A program made the translations under genes and the position numbers. A stretch of DNA of 64,000 bases, taken from assembly GCA_965204725.1 (NCBI GenBank), contig OZ242005.1:384001-448000 (forward strand). The letters run 5' to 3'. Origin of the DNA: Candidatus Latescibacterota bacterium (lineage in GTDB: Bacteria; Latescibacterota; UBA2968; UBA8231). Shown piece by piece: positions 1-9,890 of the stretch; positions within the stretch are counted from its first letter, which is position 1, and each line of letters begins with the position of its first letter. Under the pieces are notes generated by a model that was not told the DNA's origin, did not search any database, and was given only the letters and a program-made list of their open reading frames with translations.

Positions 1-375
1 GCCGTGCTCGATGAGCGCACCCGCCCCGTCGTCTAGTTTGCCCACGTAGTAGTCGATGACGCGCTCTACCAGCGGCGGGATGCCCGGCCCTCCTTGGGGC
101 TGGACCTTGGCGGCCGCCAGTTCGTCGGCCATGGCATAGAGCACCTCTTTCAGTTGGGCGAACAAAGCGCGCTTGCGCTCAATGCCGCAGAACTTCCACT
201 CGGCGTAAAACGCTTCGCGCGCCGCGACCACGGCCCGATCCACGTCGGCCCGACTGGCATCGGCGACTTCGGCGACCAAAGTCCCATCTACGGGGCTATA
301 CAGGGGATAGTAGCGTCCAGACGTTGGGGGACGCATTTGGCCCCCGATCAGCAAATCACTTTTCTTGACACTCAC
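1..375 (-). CDS. Aldehyde dehydrogenase family protein, N-terminal part (runs off window start)
   Basis: Not in the ORF track. Manual translation from GTG at 375 (SD AGGAGG upstream): MSVKKSDLLIGGQMRPPTSGRYYPLYSPVDGTLVAEVADASRADVDRAVVAAREAF, a typical ALDH N-terminus. Confidence 0.8.
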   Translation of the reverse strand, partial: MSVKKSDLLIGGQMRPPTSGRYYPLYSPVDGTLVAEVADASRADVDRAVVAAREAFYAEWKFCGIERKRALFAQLKEVLYAMADELAAAKVQPQGGPGIPPLVERVIDYYVGKLDDGAGALIEHG

Positions 376-475
376 TTCATCTTCCTCCTATTGAAACGGC
401 ATGACTTAATAATTGTATAAGAAGCGGTCTGAAAACTCATGTTACTTTTGGCTCGTCTTGCCTGACGACTCTAGG

Positions 476-681
476 CGTCATTCCCACGAACGCGGGAATC
501 CAGGGTCCTTGTTCATCAAACTTGACGTCTGCAACCGTCATTCCCGCGCAAGCGGGAATCCAGAAAAGGACCAAGCCGAAGCAGAACCTGAAACCCTAAC
601 TGTAAGAACGATTCTAAACGCTCCCGGCTGGATTCCCGCCCCGCGTCGGGGCACGGGGTGACGTTCTTTCGCGGGAAGGAC
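476..681. repeat. Cluster of REP/dRS3-like palindromes (GTCATTCCC-N8-GGGAATCCAG), family A
   Basis: Direct copies at 476-503 and 536-563, plus an inverted extended copy at 628-681. The same motif recurs at ~35513-35540, 55929-55983 and 62593-62620. Confidence 0.85.
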
Positions 682-766
682 CGAATCATAGGTAAAAAAA
701 ACGGTGCCGATCAACATTCTATGCTTTCAAGTCATTTAGGATTGCTATATTACCGAGGAGTCCGCC

Positions 767-2758
767 TTGCCACCACCGCCGACCCTGCCCGAAAATTACG
801 ACGCCCAAGCCCAGATGGTCACCCATCAGGTGCGCGGGCGCATCTTTCACGCCACCATCCCCTCGGCTCAACTGGCCTCTGAACTGATGGCCCGCGGCGC
901 ACCCGCCGACATCGCCGAAGCCACCGCCATCTTTCGCGCCGTGCTCGCCTGCCAAGAAGTGCGCGACGCCGAACCGCATCGCGGCAATTTTCGCTGGGAG
1001 CGGGAAGACGAAGTCGTCGAAGATCTCAATGCCGTGCAGTTCGTACTCTTTTACTGCATTCCCGTGTTGTGCAAAACGCCAGACGCCCTGCCCCCGGACT
1101 TGGTCGCGTCTATGCGCCGCGCCATCGCGCTGGGCCTAGAAGAAATCGCACACATCGACGTGGCCTTGGCCTATACCAACATCGTCCTCAAGGACATTGC
1201 CAACTCCTGCCTCGGCGGCCAGTTGTTGGGCGATGATACCATCGGCCGGCGTGGCCGGGAAAAACTGGTGCGCTGGATGGCGCACGTAGATACCTACGGC
1301 CTGCCCGCCGAGTACAACAGCCCCAACTACGCCTCGGTCGCCGTGCGCGTGCTGGGCCGCCTAGCCGAACTGACCGAGGACCAACATACTCGCATCCGCG
1401 CCCGCACCATGCTCGCTCGCCTCGGCCTTTCTGCCGCGTTACACATCCACCCCGGCCTCGGTTGCTGGGCCGGCCCCTTCAGCCGCGCCTATAGCCATGC
1501 CGTTTTTAACGCCAACGCCTTTAACGCCGATGACGTGCGCACGTGGTTGGCGGGCGAGCAGCTACCCGCTTGGGTCGGCGACCTGTTGCAGCGGTCCAAC
1601 GCGCCGCAGCAAATAGACGAAACGGCCCACGGCGAAGAGCCGGTGGCGCTGAGCACCTATCACAGTCCCTCTTTCTGTCTGGGCGTGGCCTCCTGCGAAC
1701 TCAAGACCCAAGAAGTCGTCTTTATCGCTCTGCAATCCAGCGTATTTCACGCGCAGTACCAGCGTCCGCATGGCGCACCCGGCGTACTCTTTTCGCGTTA
1801 TATCCTCGACGACCAGTGGCTCAGCTTCCAGACGACGCTGTCGCGCGCGCCCGGACAGGTCGTTCCCGAAGAAGGCCACTTCTACGGCGTACACGAGCGG
1901 GGACGCGCCATCGGCCTCTACGCCCCGCACGGCTTGGACGCTTGGACGCGGCGCACGAGCGCCAAAGCCGTGCTCGTGTGGACCGAGATCGCACAGATCG
2001 ACGAGATCTGGATCGGCCCGCACAAAGTGGATTCGCTGCCGGCGGCAGTGCCGCAAGGCACGGTGGTCGTCGTCGGCAGCGGCGGGCTGTGGACGGCCGT
2101 CTGGCCGCTCAAGCGGACCGATCTGGGCGGCGGTGCCCCCATCCGCCTAGTCGAGCTAGACGGTCATCTGGCCTTGGAGATGTACAACTATACGGGACCG
2201 GCCAAGACGTTCTGGGAAATGGCCAAACCCGGCTCCTTTTACCAAGGCCAGCCCCGCTGCGGTTTCTACGCCGAACTGTCCGAGCGCTCCGCCTACGCTA
2301 GCGGGGCCGATTTTGCCGCCCAAGTAGCGAGCGGCACACTCATCGACGAGGCGGCCCCGCCCGCCACCTATACTGCGGGCGACGAGCGCACCCTCCGCGT
2401 GGAGTACGCGCGCGACGACCGCATACTCGGCATTGAAGTCGATCTCTATGAGTGGTCGCTAAAGCGGCGTTGGACCCAAGCCGGCGTCCTCAACTGGCCC
2501 ATGCACGAGTCGCCCTATGCCCGGCAGAGTGCTTCCGGCCCAATCTCCATCGGCGACGCCACGCTCACCTGCGACAAGGGGCCGATATGGCTCTGCGCCT
2601 GCCCGGGAGGCAAACGGTACGTTGCCGCTTACAGCGGAGCCGAGATGACCTCGTTGCGGCTGGAGGTGCCCGGCGATGTGGTCGAGCTCGCTGCAATGGG
2701 CGCGGGCACGGTGATTTGGGACGAAGGCCAAGTAAGAATAGAAGCCATACAGCCCTGA
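767..2758 (+). CDS. Hypothetical protein, possibly an alpha-toroid/heparinase II-III-like enzyme
   Basis: 663-aa ORF with SD GAGGAG before TTG. Helical N-half with YTN and EYNSPNY motifs, beta-rich C-half. Function is a guess. Confidence 0.6.
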   Translation: MPPPPTLPENYDAQAQMVTHQVRGRIFHATIPSAQLASELMARGAPADIAEATAIFRAVLACQEVRDAEPHRGNFRWEREDEVVEDLNAVQFVLFYCIPVLCKTPDALPPDLVASMRRAIALGLEEIAHIDVALAYTNIVLKDIANSCLGGQLLGDDTIGRRGREKLVRWMAHVDTYGLPAEYNSPNYASVAVRVLGRLAELTEDQHTRIRARTMLARLGLSAALHIHPGLGCWAGPFSRAYSHAVFNANAFNADDVRTWLAGEQLPAWVGDLLQRSNAPQQIDETAHGEEPVALSTYHSPSFCLGVASCELKTQEVVFIALQSSVFHAQYQRPHGAPGVLFSRYILDDQWLSFQTTLSRAPGQVVPEEGHFYGVHERGRAIGLYAPHGLDAWTRRTSAKAVLVWTEIAQIDEIWIGPHKVDSLPAAVPQGTVVVVGSGGLWTAVWPLKRTDLGGGAPIRLVELDGHLALEMYNYTGPAKTFWEMAKPGSFYQGQPRCGFYAELSERSAYASGADFAAQVASGTLIDEAAPPATYTAGDERTLRVEYARDDRILGIEVDLYEWSLKRRWTQAGVLNWPMHESPYARQSASGPISIGDATLTCDKGPIWLCACPGGKRYVAAYSGAEMTSLRLEVPGDVVELAAMGAGTVIWDEGQVRIEAIQP

Positions 2759-2772
2759 TTCGACGGGTGCCA

Positions 2773-4014
2773 TCACTTCCACAGCAGCCGCAGATAGAAC
2801 AGCGGATTGGTCAGCCTCTTGCGCGGCACGGCGTTGGCCATCATGCCGCAGATTAGGTCGCTGACCTCGGCATTTTTGGCGGCCTTGCCAATGACCCAGT
2901 TCATTAAGTAAGGCCAGCGGCCCAAATTGTGTAGTTTGGTGCTCACCTTGAGTTCGCTGCCCAGCTTAGCCCACAGCCGGTCTTCATAGCGGCGCAAAAA
3001 GCCAGCCGAATAGTCTCCGGCCGCCCGAGCTTGCACTGCGGTTTCTACGGCAAAGCGCGCCGAGTACAGGGCATTGCCAATGCCCTCGCCCGTGAACGGG
3101 TCGATCAGGCCAGCAGCGTCCCCCAAGAGCAGAAAGCCGTTGCCATGGGCCGGTCGCCGCCGCGAGCCAACCGGCAGATTCCAGCCGACCGGGGCTTCGA
3201 GGGGACGGGCGTCGCGAAAACGCGCCCCAAAAGTCTGGCTCTCTACGGCAGCCGCGAGCACTTCCTTGAGGTCAATGCCCCGCGCCTTGATGTCTCGGTG
3301 ATCCATGCCGAGGCCCACATTGGCACGGCGGCCTTCTAGGGGGAAAATCCAAAAATATCCGGGCCGCACCTCGTCTATAAAGTGCAATTCAATCTGATCG
3401 CTCAGGCCCGCTACGCCCTCAAAGTACTGCCGCAAGGCCACCATCCAATGGCGGCTCTCGTGGCGGTACAACCCGCTCCGGCGGGCGACGACCGAGTTGA
3501 AGCCATCGCACCCCAACACCAAGGGGGCGCGAAAATCCAAGCGCGTGCCGTCGGCGGTACGCCCCCGCACCCCGCAGACCTGCTCGCCCTCTCTCAAGAG
3601 CGCACCCACGGCAAAACCCTCTAGCGCGTGGGCGACCGCAGCCCGCGCCTTGGCAAAGAGAAAGTCGTCAAAGACCGCACGGCGGATGACAAAGCCCTCC
3701 ATCGGCAGCACCCGGCCGGTCAGGGCGTCGCGCAGGTCGTAGCGGCGCAAGTCAATGGACGCGGCAGTCGCGTCTGGGCTGCCGAACACAATGCGGGCAA
3801 TAGCCGCCCCGGGCAGGTTGCACACCTCCTCGAACAACCCCAACTCGTGGAGGATGGCTACCGCCTTGCCGGAGAGGGCGTCGCCGCAGATCTTGTCGCG
3901 GGGGAAGCACTGCTTGTCCAGCAGCAGGGCCGCCAGCCCAGATCGTTGCGCGTACAGCGCGGCCGCAGCACCCGCCGGACCGCCGCCGACGATGATTAAG
4001 TCGTAGGTTTGCAC
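2773..4014 (-). CDS. Geranylgeranyl reductase family FAD-dependent oxidoreductase
   Basis: GGGPAG Rossmann motif, FPRDKICGD, GYFWIFP, LLGDAAGLIDPFTGEGI. Confidence 0.9.
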   Translation of the reverse strand: MQTYDLIIVGGGPAGAAAALYAQRSGLAALLLDKQCFPRDKICGDALSGKAVAILHELGLFEEVCNLPGAAIARIVFGSPDATAASIDLRRYDLRDALTGRVLPMEGFVIRRAVFDDFLFAKARAAVAHALEGFAVGALLREGEQVCGVRGRTADGTRLDFRAPLVLGCDGFNSVVARRSGLYRHESRHWMVALRQYFEGVAGLSDQIELHFIDEVRPGYFWIFPLEGRRANVGLGMDHRDIKARGIDLKEVLAAAVESQTFGARFRDARPLEAPVGWNLPVGSRRRPAHGNGFLLLGDAAGLIDPFTGEGIGNALYSARFAVETAVQARAAGDYSAGFLRRYEDRLWAKLGSELKVSTKLHNLGRWPYLMNWVIGKAAKNAEVSDLICGMMANAVPRKRLTNPLFYLRLLWK

Positions 4015-4127
4015 GTGGGCCAGAAAATAGCCCGTCCATCCCTTGCTACAAAGGCGCAGGCCAAACTTGCTTTGTAAGTGATCTTCCTTACCTTTTTTGG
4101 ATTGTCAACGCAATCTACGTAGCCTGT

Positions 4128-4364
4128 ATGGACTTTGAAATTCTCGGTGAAATCACGCATATCAAACCGATTGCCAGCGGTACAGGAGTCCGCGATCGCG
4201 TCCGATTAAACAAATTCTACGGCCAAAGTAGATGGCGTAAACTCAAGGGAGTTGCACGTGTTCGCCTGCTTGATGGAACAATTCGTCTTGCTGAAATTCA
4301 TTGGTATGAAGCTCACGGCATAGGCCGGAAGGAATTTAAGATCAAACTTCCTTTTCTTGGATGA
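4128..4364 (+). CDS. Small basic protein, putative toxin domain
   Basis: 78 aa, WRKLKG...AEIHWYEAHGIG motif, overlaps the next small gene, lower GC. Confidence 0.65.
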   Translation: MDFEILGEITHIKPIASGTGVRDRVRLNKFYGQSRWRKLKGVARVRLLDGTIRLAEIHWYEAHGIGRKEFKIKLPFLG

Positions 4365-4602
4365 ATTCACAGTGAACAAAAAAACGTCACAATTTGCGAT
4401 TTGTCTCAACAATGAGGGCTATGAGGCTTCGCTCGAAGTCGGAAAAGTGTATCGCGCAATTCCCGATCGGGAGGCCGCTGCTCACGGGTACATTCGCATG
4501 GTGGACGAGAGTGGCGAAGATTACGCATTTGCTGCCGACCGCTTTTACGAGGTCGAACTTCCTCCCCTGGTTGAAGCAACGCTGGCTGCTGCCTTGCACT
4601 AA
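4357..4602 (+). CDS. Small acidic protein, putative immunity/antitoxin partner
   Basis: 81 aa, LEVGKVY...IRMVDESGEDYAF motif, 8-nt overlap with the upstream gene. Confidence 0.65.
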   Translation: MDEFTVNKKTSQFAICLNNEGYEASLEVGKVYRAIPDREAAAHGYIRMVDESGEDYAFAADRFYEVELPPLVEATLAAALH

Positions 4603-4633
4603 GTCGCAACGCAATACGAGGAGCTATACCAAG

Positions 4634-6532
4634 ATGTCCCAAGACGTCCAAACCGAAAATCCACACGTCGAAGAACGCGCTTTTCAAACCGAGGTCCAAC
4701 AGCTACTCCACCTGTTGGTCCACTCGCTGTACACCCAAAAAGAAATTTTCTTGCGCGAGCTGATTTCCAACGCCTCAGACGCGCTCGACAAAATCCACCG
4801 CCGCTCGCTGACCGACCGCAACATCCTCGACCCAGACGCCGAATTGGACATTGAGATCGAGGTGTCGAGCAGCAACAAGACCCTGACGATCCGCGACCGC
4901 GGCATCGGCATGACCCGCGACGAGGTCAACGAAAACATCGGCACCATTGCCCGCTCCGGCTCGGCCGAGTTTGCCGCCAAGCTGGCCGATGCCAGCGATG
5001 AGCAAGAAAAGCTCAAGCTGATCGGCCAATTCGGAGTAGGCTTCTACTCGGTCTTCATGGTAGCGGACCGAGTGGTGCTCACCACGCGCTCGGCCGACCC
5101 AGCAGCCGACGGGGTGTTGTGGGAATCCACCGGCGATGGCACCTACACCCTGTCCCGCGCCGACAAGGCCGACCGCGGCACCGAGATCAAGCTCTACATC
5201 CGATCGGCCTGCGAGGAATTTCTCAACGCCCACCGGCTAGAGGGCATCATCCGCAAGCACTCGGATTTTGTCGCCTATCCCATCAAGGTCGCCGGCAAAC
5301 AGGTAAACGACACGGCCGCGCTGTGGACCCGGCCGCGCAACGAAATCACCCCCGAGCAGTACCGCGAATTTTACACGCACCTGACCGGCAACCCGGACGA
5401 GCCGCTCGCTTATGAGCACATCGTCGTAGATGTGCCGATTCAATTCTACGCCGTGCTCTACCTCCCCAAGCGCACCCCCGCCCAGTGGCTACACGCGGAG
5501 CCGACGATCTCGCTCAACCTGCACGTCGCCCGGGTCTTCATCCAAGACGACTGCAAGGAGCTTTTGCCGCTATGGCTGCGCTTTGTGCGCGGCGTGGTTG
5601 ACTGCGACGATTTGCCGCTCAACGTCTCGCGCGAAACCCTCCAGCAAAACCCCATTGTCGCCAAAATCCGCGCCACCTTGGTGCGGCGCGTCATCGGCAT
5701 GTTGGAGGGCATGGCCAAAAAGGACGAAGCCCAGTACATGGCCTTTTGGCATGCCTGCGGCACCATACTCAAAGAAGGCGTGGCCACCGATGCCGCACAC
5801 CAAGCCCAACTCGCCAAGCTCCTGCGCTACCGCTCCTCGCTGGCCGACGACGACGCGCCTTACATTTCGTTGCAGAACTACGTCGATCGGATGCAGAGCG
5901 AGCAGGACAAAATTTACTACCTCGCCGGCGAGAGCAAAGAGGCCATCGCCCAAAGCCCCCTGTTGGAAGCCTTTCGCCAGCGCGGCCTAGAGGTGCTCTA
6001 CCTCGATGAGCCGGTCGATGAATGGGTCGTCCAAGGGCTGCAAAAGTTTGCCGACAAAGAGTTCGTCGGCGCGGATGCGGCCGAGCTAGACTTGGGCGAG
6101 GACGCCGTCGAGTTGGAGGGGGTCCATGAGCAAAAGGCCGAGACCATTGAGCTGATCTCCTTTCTCAAGCAGAAGCTGGCCGGCCGGGTCGAAGACGTGG
6201 TCGAGTCCAAGCGGCTGACCGACAGCCCTTGCCTGCTGGTCGCCAGCCCAGGCGGGCTGAGCCGCAACATGGAGCGGCTAATGAAAATGACCGACCGCGA
6301 GTTCAAAGGCTCGTTGCGCACCCTAGAAATCAATCGCCAACACCCCATCATCCGCAACATGGCCGCCGTGCTCAAGCGCGACCGCGACTCCGCGCAGTTG
6401 GAGAGCTGGGCGCATTTTCTGGTTGATTTCGTATTGCTGGGCGAGGGCACGGTCGAGGACCCGCAGCGGCTGGGCCAGAGCTTGCAATCCATCATGGGCG
6501 CGGCCACCGCGCACGCTGCCGAGGAGCGTTAG
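4634..6532 (+). CDS. htpG: Molecular chaperone HtpG (Hsp90)
   Basis: FQTEV, YTQKEIFLRELISNASDA, IGQFGVGFYS, LPLNVSRETLQ. Start moved to ATG 4634 (SD GAGGAG); the track start at 4394 overlaps the upstream gene. Confidence 0.97.
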   Translation: MSQDVQTENPHVEERAFQTEVQQLLHLLVHSLYTQKEIFLRELISNASDALDKIHRRSLTDRNILDPDAELDIEIEVSSSNKTLTIRDRGIGMTRDEVNENIGTIARSGSAEFAAKLADASDEQEKLKLIGQFGVGFYSVFMVADRVVLTTRSADPAADGVLWESTGDGTYTLSRADKADRGTEIKLYIRSACEEFLNAHRLEGIIRKHSDFVAYPIKVAGKQVNDTAALWTRPRNEITPEQYREFYTHLTGNPDEPLAYEHIVVDVPIQFYAVLYLPKRTPAQWLHAEPTISLNLHVARVFIQDDCKELLPLWLRFVRGVVDCDDLPLNVSRETLQQNPIVAKIRATLVRRVIGMLEGMAKKDEAQYMAFWHACGTILKEGVATDAAHQAQLAKLLRYRSSLADDDAPYISLQNYVDRMQSEQDKIYYLAGESKEAIAQSPLLEAFRQRGLEVLYLDEPVDEWVVQGLQKFADKEFVGADAAELDLGEDAVELEGVHEQKAETIELISFLKQKLAGRVEDVVESKRLTDSPCLLVASPGGLSRNMERLMKMTDREFKGSLRTLEINRQHPIIRNMAAVLKRDRDSAQLESWAHFLVDFVLLGEGTVEDPQRLGQSLQSIMGAATAHAAEER

Positions 6533-6534
6533 CC

Positions 6535-7848
6535 ATGTCCGATCCCGTGCGCCAACAAGCCCTAGCGGCCCGCGCAGCCGCCCGCGCACTCGCCGCGACA
6601 TCCGCAGCGGAGCGCGACCAAGCCCTCGCAGCGATTGCTGCGGCCCTCGAAGCAAACCGCGAGCGCATCTTGGCGGCCAACGCCGAGGACCTAAAAACCG
6701 GCGAGCGCGATGGGCTGGCGTCGCCCTTACTCAAGCGGCTCGATCTGAGCGGGCGCAAATTCGCCAGCACGGTCGAGATGGTGCGCGGCGTTGGCGTCCA
6801 ACCCGATCCCCTCGGCCAAACCCAGCGCGCAACCGAGCTAGACGCCCGGCTTCACCTCTACCGAGTGACCGTGCCCATCGGCGTGATCGGCGTGATCTTT
6901 GAATCTCGGCCCGACGCCTTGGTGCAAATCGCCGCCCTGTGCCTCAAGTCGGGCAACGCCGCCTTGCTCAAGGGGGGGCGCGAAGCCACGGCGACCAACC
7001 AAGCCCTCGCCGCGGTGATGTGCCAAGCTACCGCCGACATCCTGCCAGCGGGGTGGATGGTGCTCTTGCCCGGCCGCGAAGAAGTCCGCGCCCTGCTCGG
7101 CGAGGAGGACCTAATTGACCTAATCATCCCGCGCGGCAGCAACGAGTTCGTGCAATACATCATGCACAACACCAAAATTCCGGTCATGGGCCACGCCGAC
7201 GGGATCTGCCACGTGTACATCGATGCCAGCGCCGACCTAGACAAGGCCGTGCCGATCGCTGTCGATGCCAAGACTCAGTACGTGGCCGTGTGCAACGCGG
7301 CCGAGACCCTGATCGTACACAGCCGCATTGCCGCGGCTTTTTTGCCGCGGGCCGTGCCGGCGCTGCTCCAAAGAAACGTGGAGCTGCGCGGCGACGAGCG
7401 CACCCTCGCCTTGGCCCAGGCCAACGGGCAAGTCAAGCCGGCCACCGAAGCCGACTGGTCAACCGAATACCTAGACTTGATGCTGGCAGTAAAGGTCGTC
7501 GATAGCACGGCCGAGGCCATCGAACACATCAACGCCTACGGCAGCCATCACACCGATGCGATCGTGGCCGAGGACCCAGAAGCTACCCGCGCCTTTTTGC
7601 GCGAGGTGGATTCAGCCTCGGTGATTCACAATGCCTCGACGCGCTTTGCCGATGGCTTCAAATACGGGCTCGGGGCCGAGGTCGGCATCAGCACCAACCG
7701 CCTGCACAGCCGCGGCCCGGTGGGGTTGGAGGGCCTCGTCATCTACAAGTACATTCTCCACGGGGACGGCCACATCGCCGATATGTACGACGGCCCGCAG
7801 CAGCGTCCCTTCACCCATCGCCCTCTAGACCAGCACTGGCAGGCATAA
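6535..7848 (+). CDS. proA: Gamma-glutamyl phosphate reductase
   Basis: [59 protein letters not shown]. Confidence 0.97.
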   Translation: MSDPVRQQALAARAAARALAATSAAERDQALAAIAAALEANRERILAANAEDLKTGERDGLASPLLKRLDLSGRKFASTVEMVRGVGVQPDPLGQTQRATELDARLHLYRVTVPIGVIGVIFESRPDALVQIAALCLKSGNAALLKGGREATATNQALAAVMCQATADILPAGWMVLLPGREEVRALLGEEDLIDLIIPRGSNEFVQYIMHNTKIPVMGHADGICHVYIDASADLDKAVPIAVDAKTQYVAVCNAAETLIVHSRIAAAFLPRAVPALLQRNVELRGDERTLALAQANGQVKPATEADWSTEYLDLMLAVKVVDSTAEAIEHINAYGSHHTDAIVAEDPEATRAFLREVDSASVIHNASTRFADGFKYGLGAEVGISTNRLHSRGPVGLEGLVIYKYILHGDGHIADMYDGPQQRPFTHRPLDQHWQA

Positions 7849-7849
7849 C

Positions 7850-8191
7850 ATGAGCGAACCCTATACCCCGGTCGAGCGCCACATCTTTCTTTGCGCCACT
7901 CCCACCAAGCCCAAGTGCCACAGCGACAGCACCGGGGCCGATTGCTGGGAATACCTAAAAAAGCGGTTGTCCGAATTGGGCTACGGCCATCCGGGCCGGG
8001 GCGGCATTCACCGTACCAAGGCCGACTGCTTGCGCGTCTGCGAGTCCGGGCCGACGGTCGTGGTATATCCCGAAGGCGTCTGGTACCACTCCATGACCGT
8101 CGAAAAGCTAGAGCGCATCATCCAAGAGCACTTAATCGGCGGACAGGTCGTACAAGAGTGGGTCCATCCCGAGCCGTTCCGCAACCTATAA
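7850..8191 (+). CDS. Thioredoxin-like (2Fe-2S) ferredoxin
   Basis: HIFLC..., [29 protein letters not shown]. Confidence 0.9.
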   Translation: MSEPYTPVERHIFLCATPTKPKCHSDSTGADCWEYLKKRLSELGYGHPGRGGIHRTKADCLRVCESGPTVVVYPEGVWYHSMTVEKLERIIQEHLIGGQVVQEWVHPEPFRNL

Positions 8192-8213
8192 GCCTCAGCG
8201 GCCACAAAAGCGC

Positions 8214-9401
8214 ATGGTGCGCAACAAGTCTAAATCCAAACACATCGACCTAGAGATCAAGGACTCCCGCCTGATCTTCGACCGCGTCTGGAGTGACCTA
8301 GAGCAAGAATTCGGTCGCGCCAAGCTCCTCTTTCCCGGGGAAATTATATGGCTCGGCGGCGCACCCGGCGCTGGCAAGGGCACCAATACCCCCTTCATCC
8401 TCAAGGCGCGCGGCATCACAGCCGCGGCCGTGGTAATCAGCGACTTGCTCGACAGCCCGCGTGCCCAACAGATCAAGACGGCCGGCGGCTTGGTCGGCGA
8501 CGAGGAGGTCACTTCCCTGCTCTTGAGCAAGTTGCTCGACCCGATATACGAGCGCGGCGTGATCGTCGATGGCTTCCCGCGCACCCAAGTGCAGGTCGAG
8601 TGCCTCAAGCTGTTTTACGACAAGATGACCGAATTGCGCGAGGAATTCCGCGACCACAACTTCCCGCGCCCCCTCTTCCGCACCGTGTTGCTCTTCGTCG
8701 ATGAAGAAGTCAGCGTCGAGCGCCAGCTCCACCGCGGCCGGGAGGCCCAAGAGCACAACCGCAAGGCCACCGAGCTAGGCGTCGGCCAGCTCACCGAAAT
8801 CCGCGCCACCGATCTCGACCCGGCGGCCGCGCGCAAGCGCTACCAAGTTTTCAAGGAGACGACCTTTGAGGCCCTGCGCTCGCTACGCGCCATTTTCCAC
8901 TTTCGCTTCATCGACGCCGGTCAGCCGCTCGCCAAGGTGCAACAGGAGATTGAGGAGGAGTTTTCCTACCAGAGTTCGCTAGAGCTTTCGCACGACACCT
9001 TCGACCGCGTCCGCACCATCACGCCGGCCAGCCGCCTCGTGCTCTACGCTCGCCAAGAGCTGGTCAAGCGGCTGGAGATCTACAACGAAGACCATCCCCA
9101 GCTCTTCCAGCGGGTCATCGACAAAATCAACTTCAAGTTCATGCCCATTGTCACCCGCTACGCCATTACCGGCATGACGCTCATCAACTCCGAGGACTCG
9201 CTCTTCGACGACCCGATGGCTTTAGCCATGCTGATCGACATCTTCTCCGAACGCGGCTATCAGGCCCTCGTCGATGTCAACCGCATTGAGGTCCCCCACC
9301 GCTTAGACCCCCACACCCACGAAATTTTGTGCCAGCACAAGCGCGTCTACCGCTTCCAGATTCGGTTCGCGGCCTCGGCCATCCGACGAGGATACGACTG
9401 A
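8214..9401 (+). CDS. Adenylate/nucleoside monophosphate kinase-like protein with long extension
   Basis: P-loop GAPGAGKGT, GGLVGD, VDGFPRT; 395 aa. Confidence 0.85.
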   Translation: MVRNKSKSKHIDLEIKDSRLIFDRVWSDLEQEFGRAKLLFPGEIIWLGGAPGAGKGTNTPFILKARGITAAAVVISDLLDSPRAQQIKTAGGLVGDEEVTSLLLSKLLDPIYERGVIVDGFPRTQVQVECLKLFYDKMTELREEFRDHNFPRPLFRTVLLFVDEEVSVERQLHRGREAQEHNRKATELGVGQLTEIRATDLDPAAARKRYQVFKETTFEALRSLRAIFHFRFIDAGQPLAKVQQEIEEEFSYQSSLELSHDTFDRVRTITPASRLVLYARQELVKRLEIYNEDHPQLFQRVIDKINFKFMPIVTRYAITGMTLINSEDSLFDDPMALAMLIDIFSERGYQALVDVNRIEVPHRLDPHTHEILCQHKRVYRFQIRFAASAIRRGYD

Positions 9402-9467
9402 GACCCCAGCGTCAATTGCCCTAAACGACCGCTTCGTCAGGGCTGGTGCCTGCGTGCCGCCTCACCC

Positions 9468-9677
9468 CATACCAACGGCACAGAATCCTTTTGGGCGATG
9501 TTAAAACGAGGATACTACGGAACGTTCCACCACGTCTCAGCCGAGCACCTGCACCGATGCGTAACCGAGTTCGCAGGACGACACAACATCCGAGACCAAG
9601 ACACCATTGACCAGATGCGAAACCTTGTCGCCGGAATGGTGGGCAAGCGGCTCATGTATGCCGATTTGGTTAAATAG
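9468..9677 (+). pseudogene. IS1595-family transposase C-terminal remnant
   Basis: Manual translation: HTNGTESFWAMLKRGYYGTFHHVSAEHLHRCVTEFAGRHNIRDQDTIDQMRNLVAGMVGKRLMYADLVK*. No N-terminal part is present upstream. Confidence 0.9.
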
Positions 9678-9692
9678 TTGAAATAGCCAAAA

Positions 9693-9890
9693 TTAGGGGG
9701 ATTCTGTATCCGTCTTAGATGGATCATCCGGCTCCAGCGTCAAACGTTCTTCTTGGGTCGGACTTCCGCTTGCAGAAGCAGACCCAAAGCCATATTCGAG
9801 TTTCTGAAAATAATACTGTAAAAAGTTAGGCTGGTTAGCAGAATCCAAGAGCCTTTGCGCTTCCTCGAGTCCGTCCTCTTCATTAAGCAT
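9693..9890 (-). CDS. Small hypothetical protein
   Basis: 65 aa, overlaps the stop of 9883-10746 by 8 nt; SD-like GGAGG upstream. Confidence 0.4.
   Translation of the reverse strand: MLNEEDGLEEAQRLLDSANQPNFLQYYFQKLEYGFGSASASGSPTQEERLTLEPDDPSKTDTESP

Noticed and set aside
476-563. 28-bp repeat, 32-nt spacer, 28-bp repeat resembling a mini CRISPR array
   Set aside because: Only two imperfect units; the same motif occurs inverted and dispersed elsewhere; no cas genes. It fits REP/dRS3-like repeats
94-979. Short track ORFs around the first intergenic region
   Set aside because: Antisense to the ALDH gene or translations of palindromic repeats
4394-4633. N-terminal extension of HtpG in the ORF track
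   Set aside because: Overlaps the 4357-4602 gene; Hsp90 similarity and the SD begin at 4634
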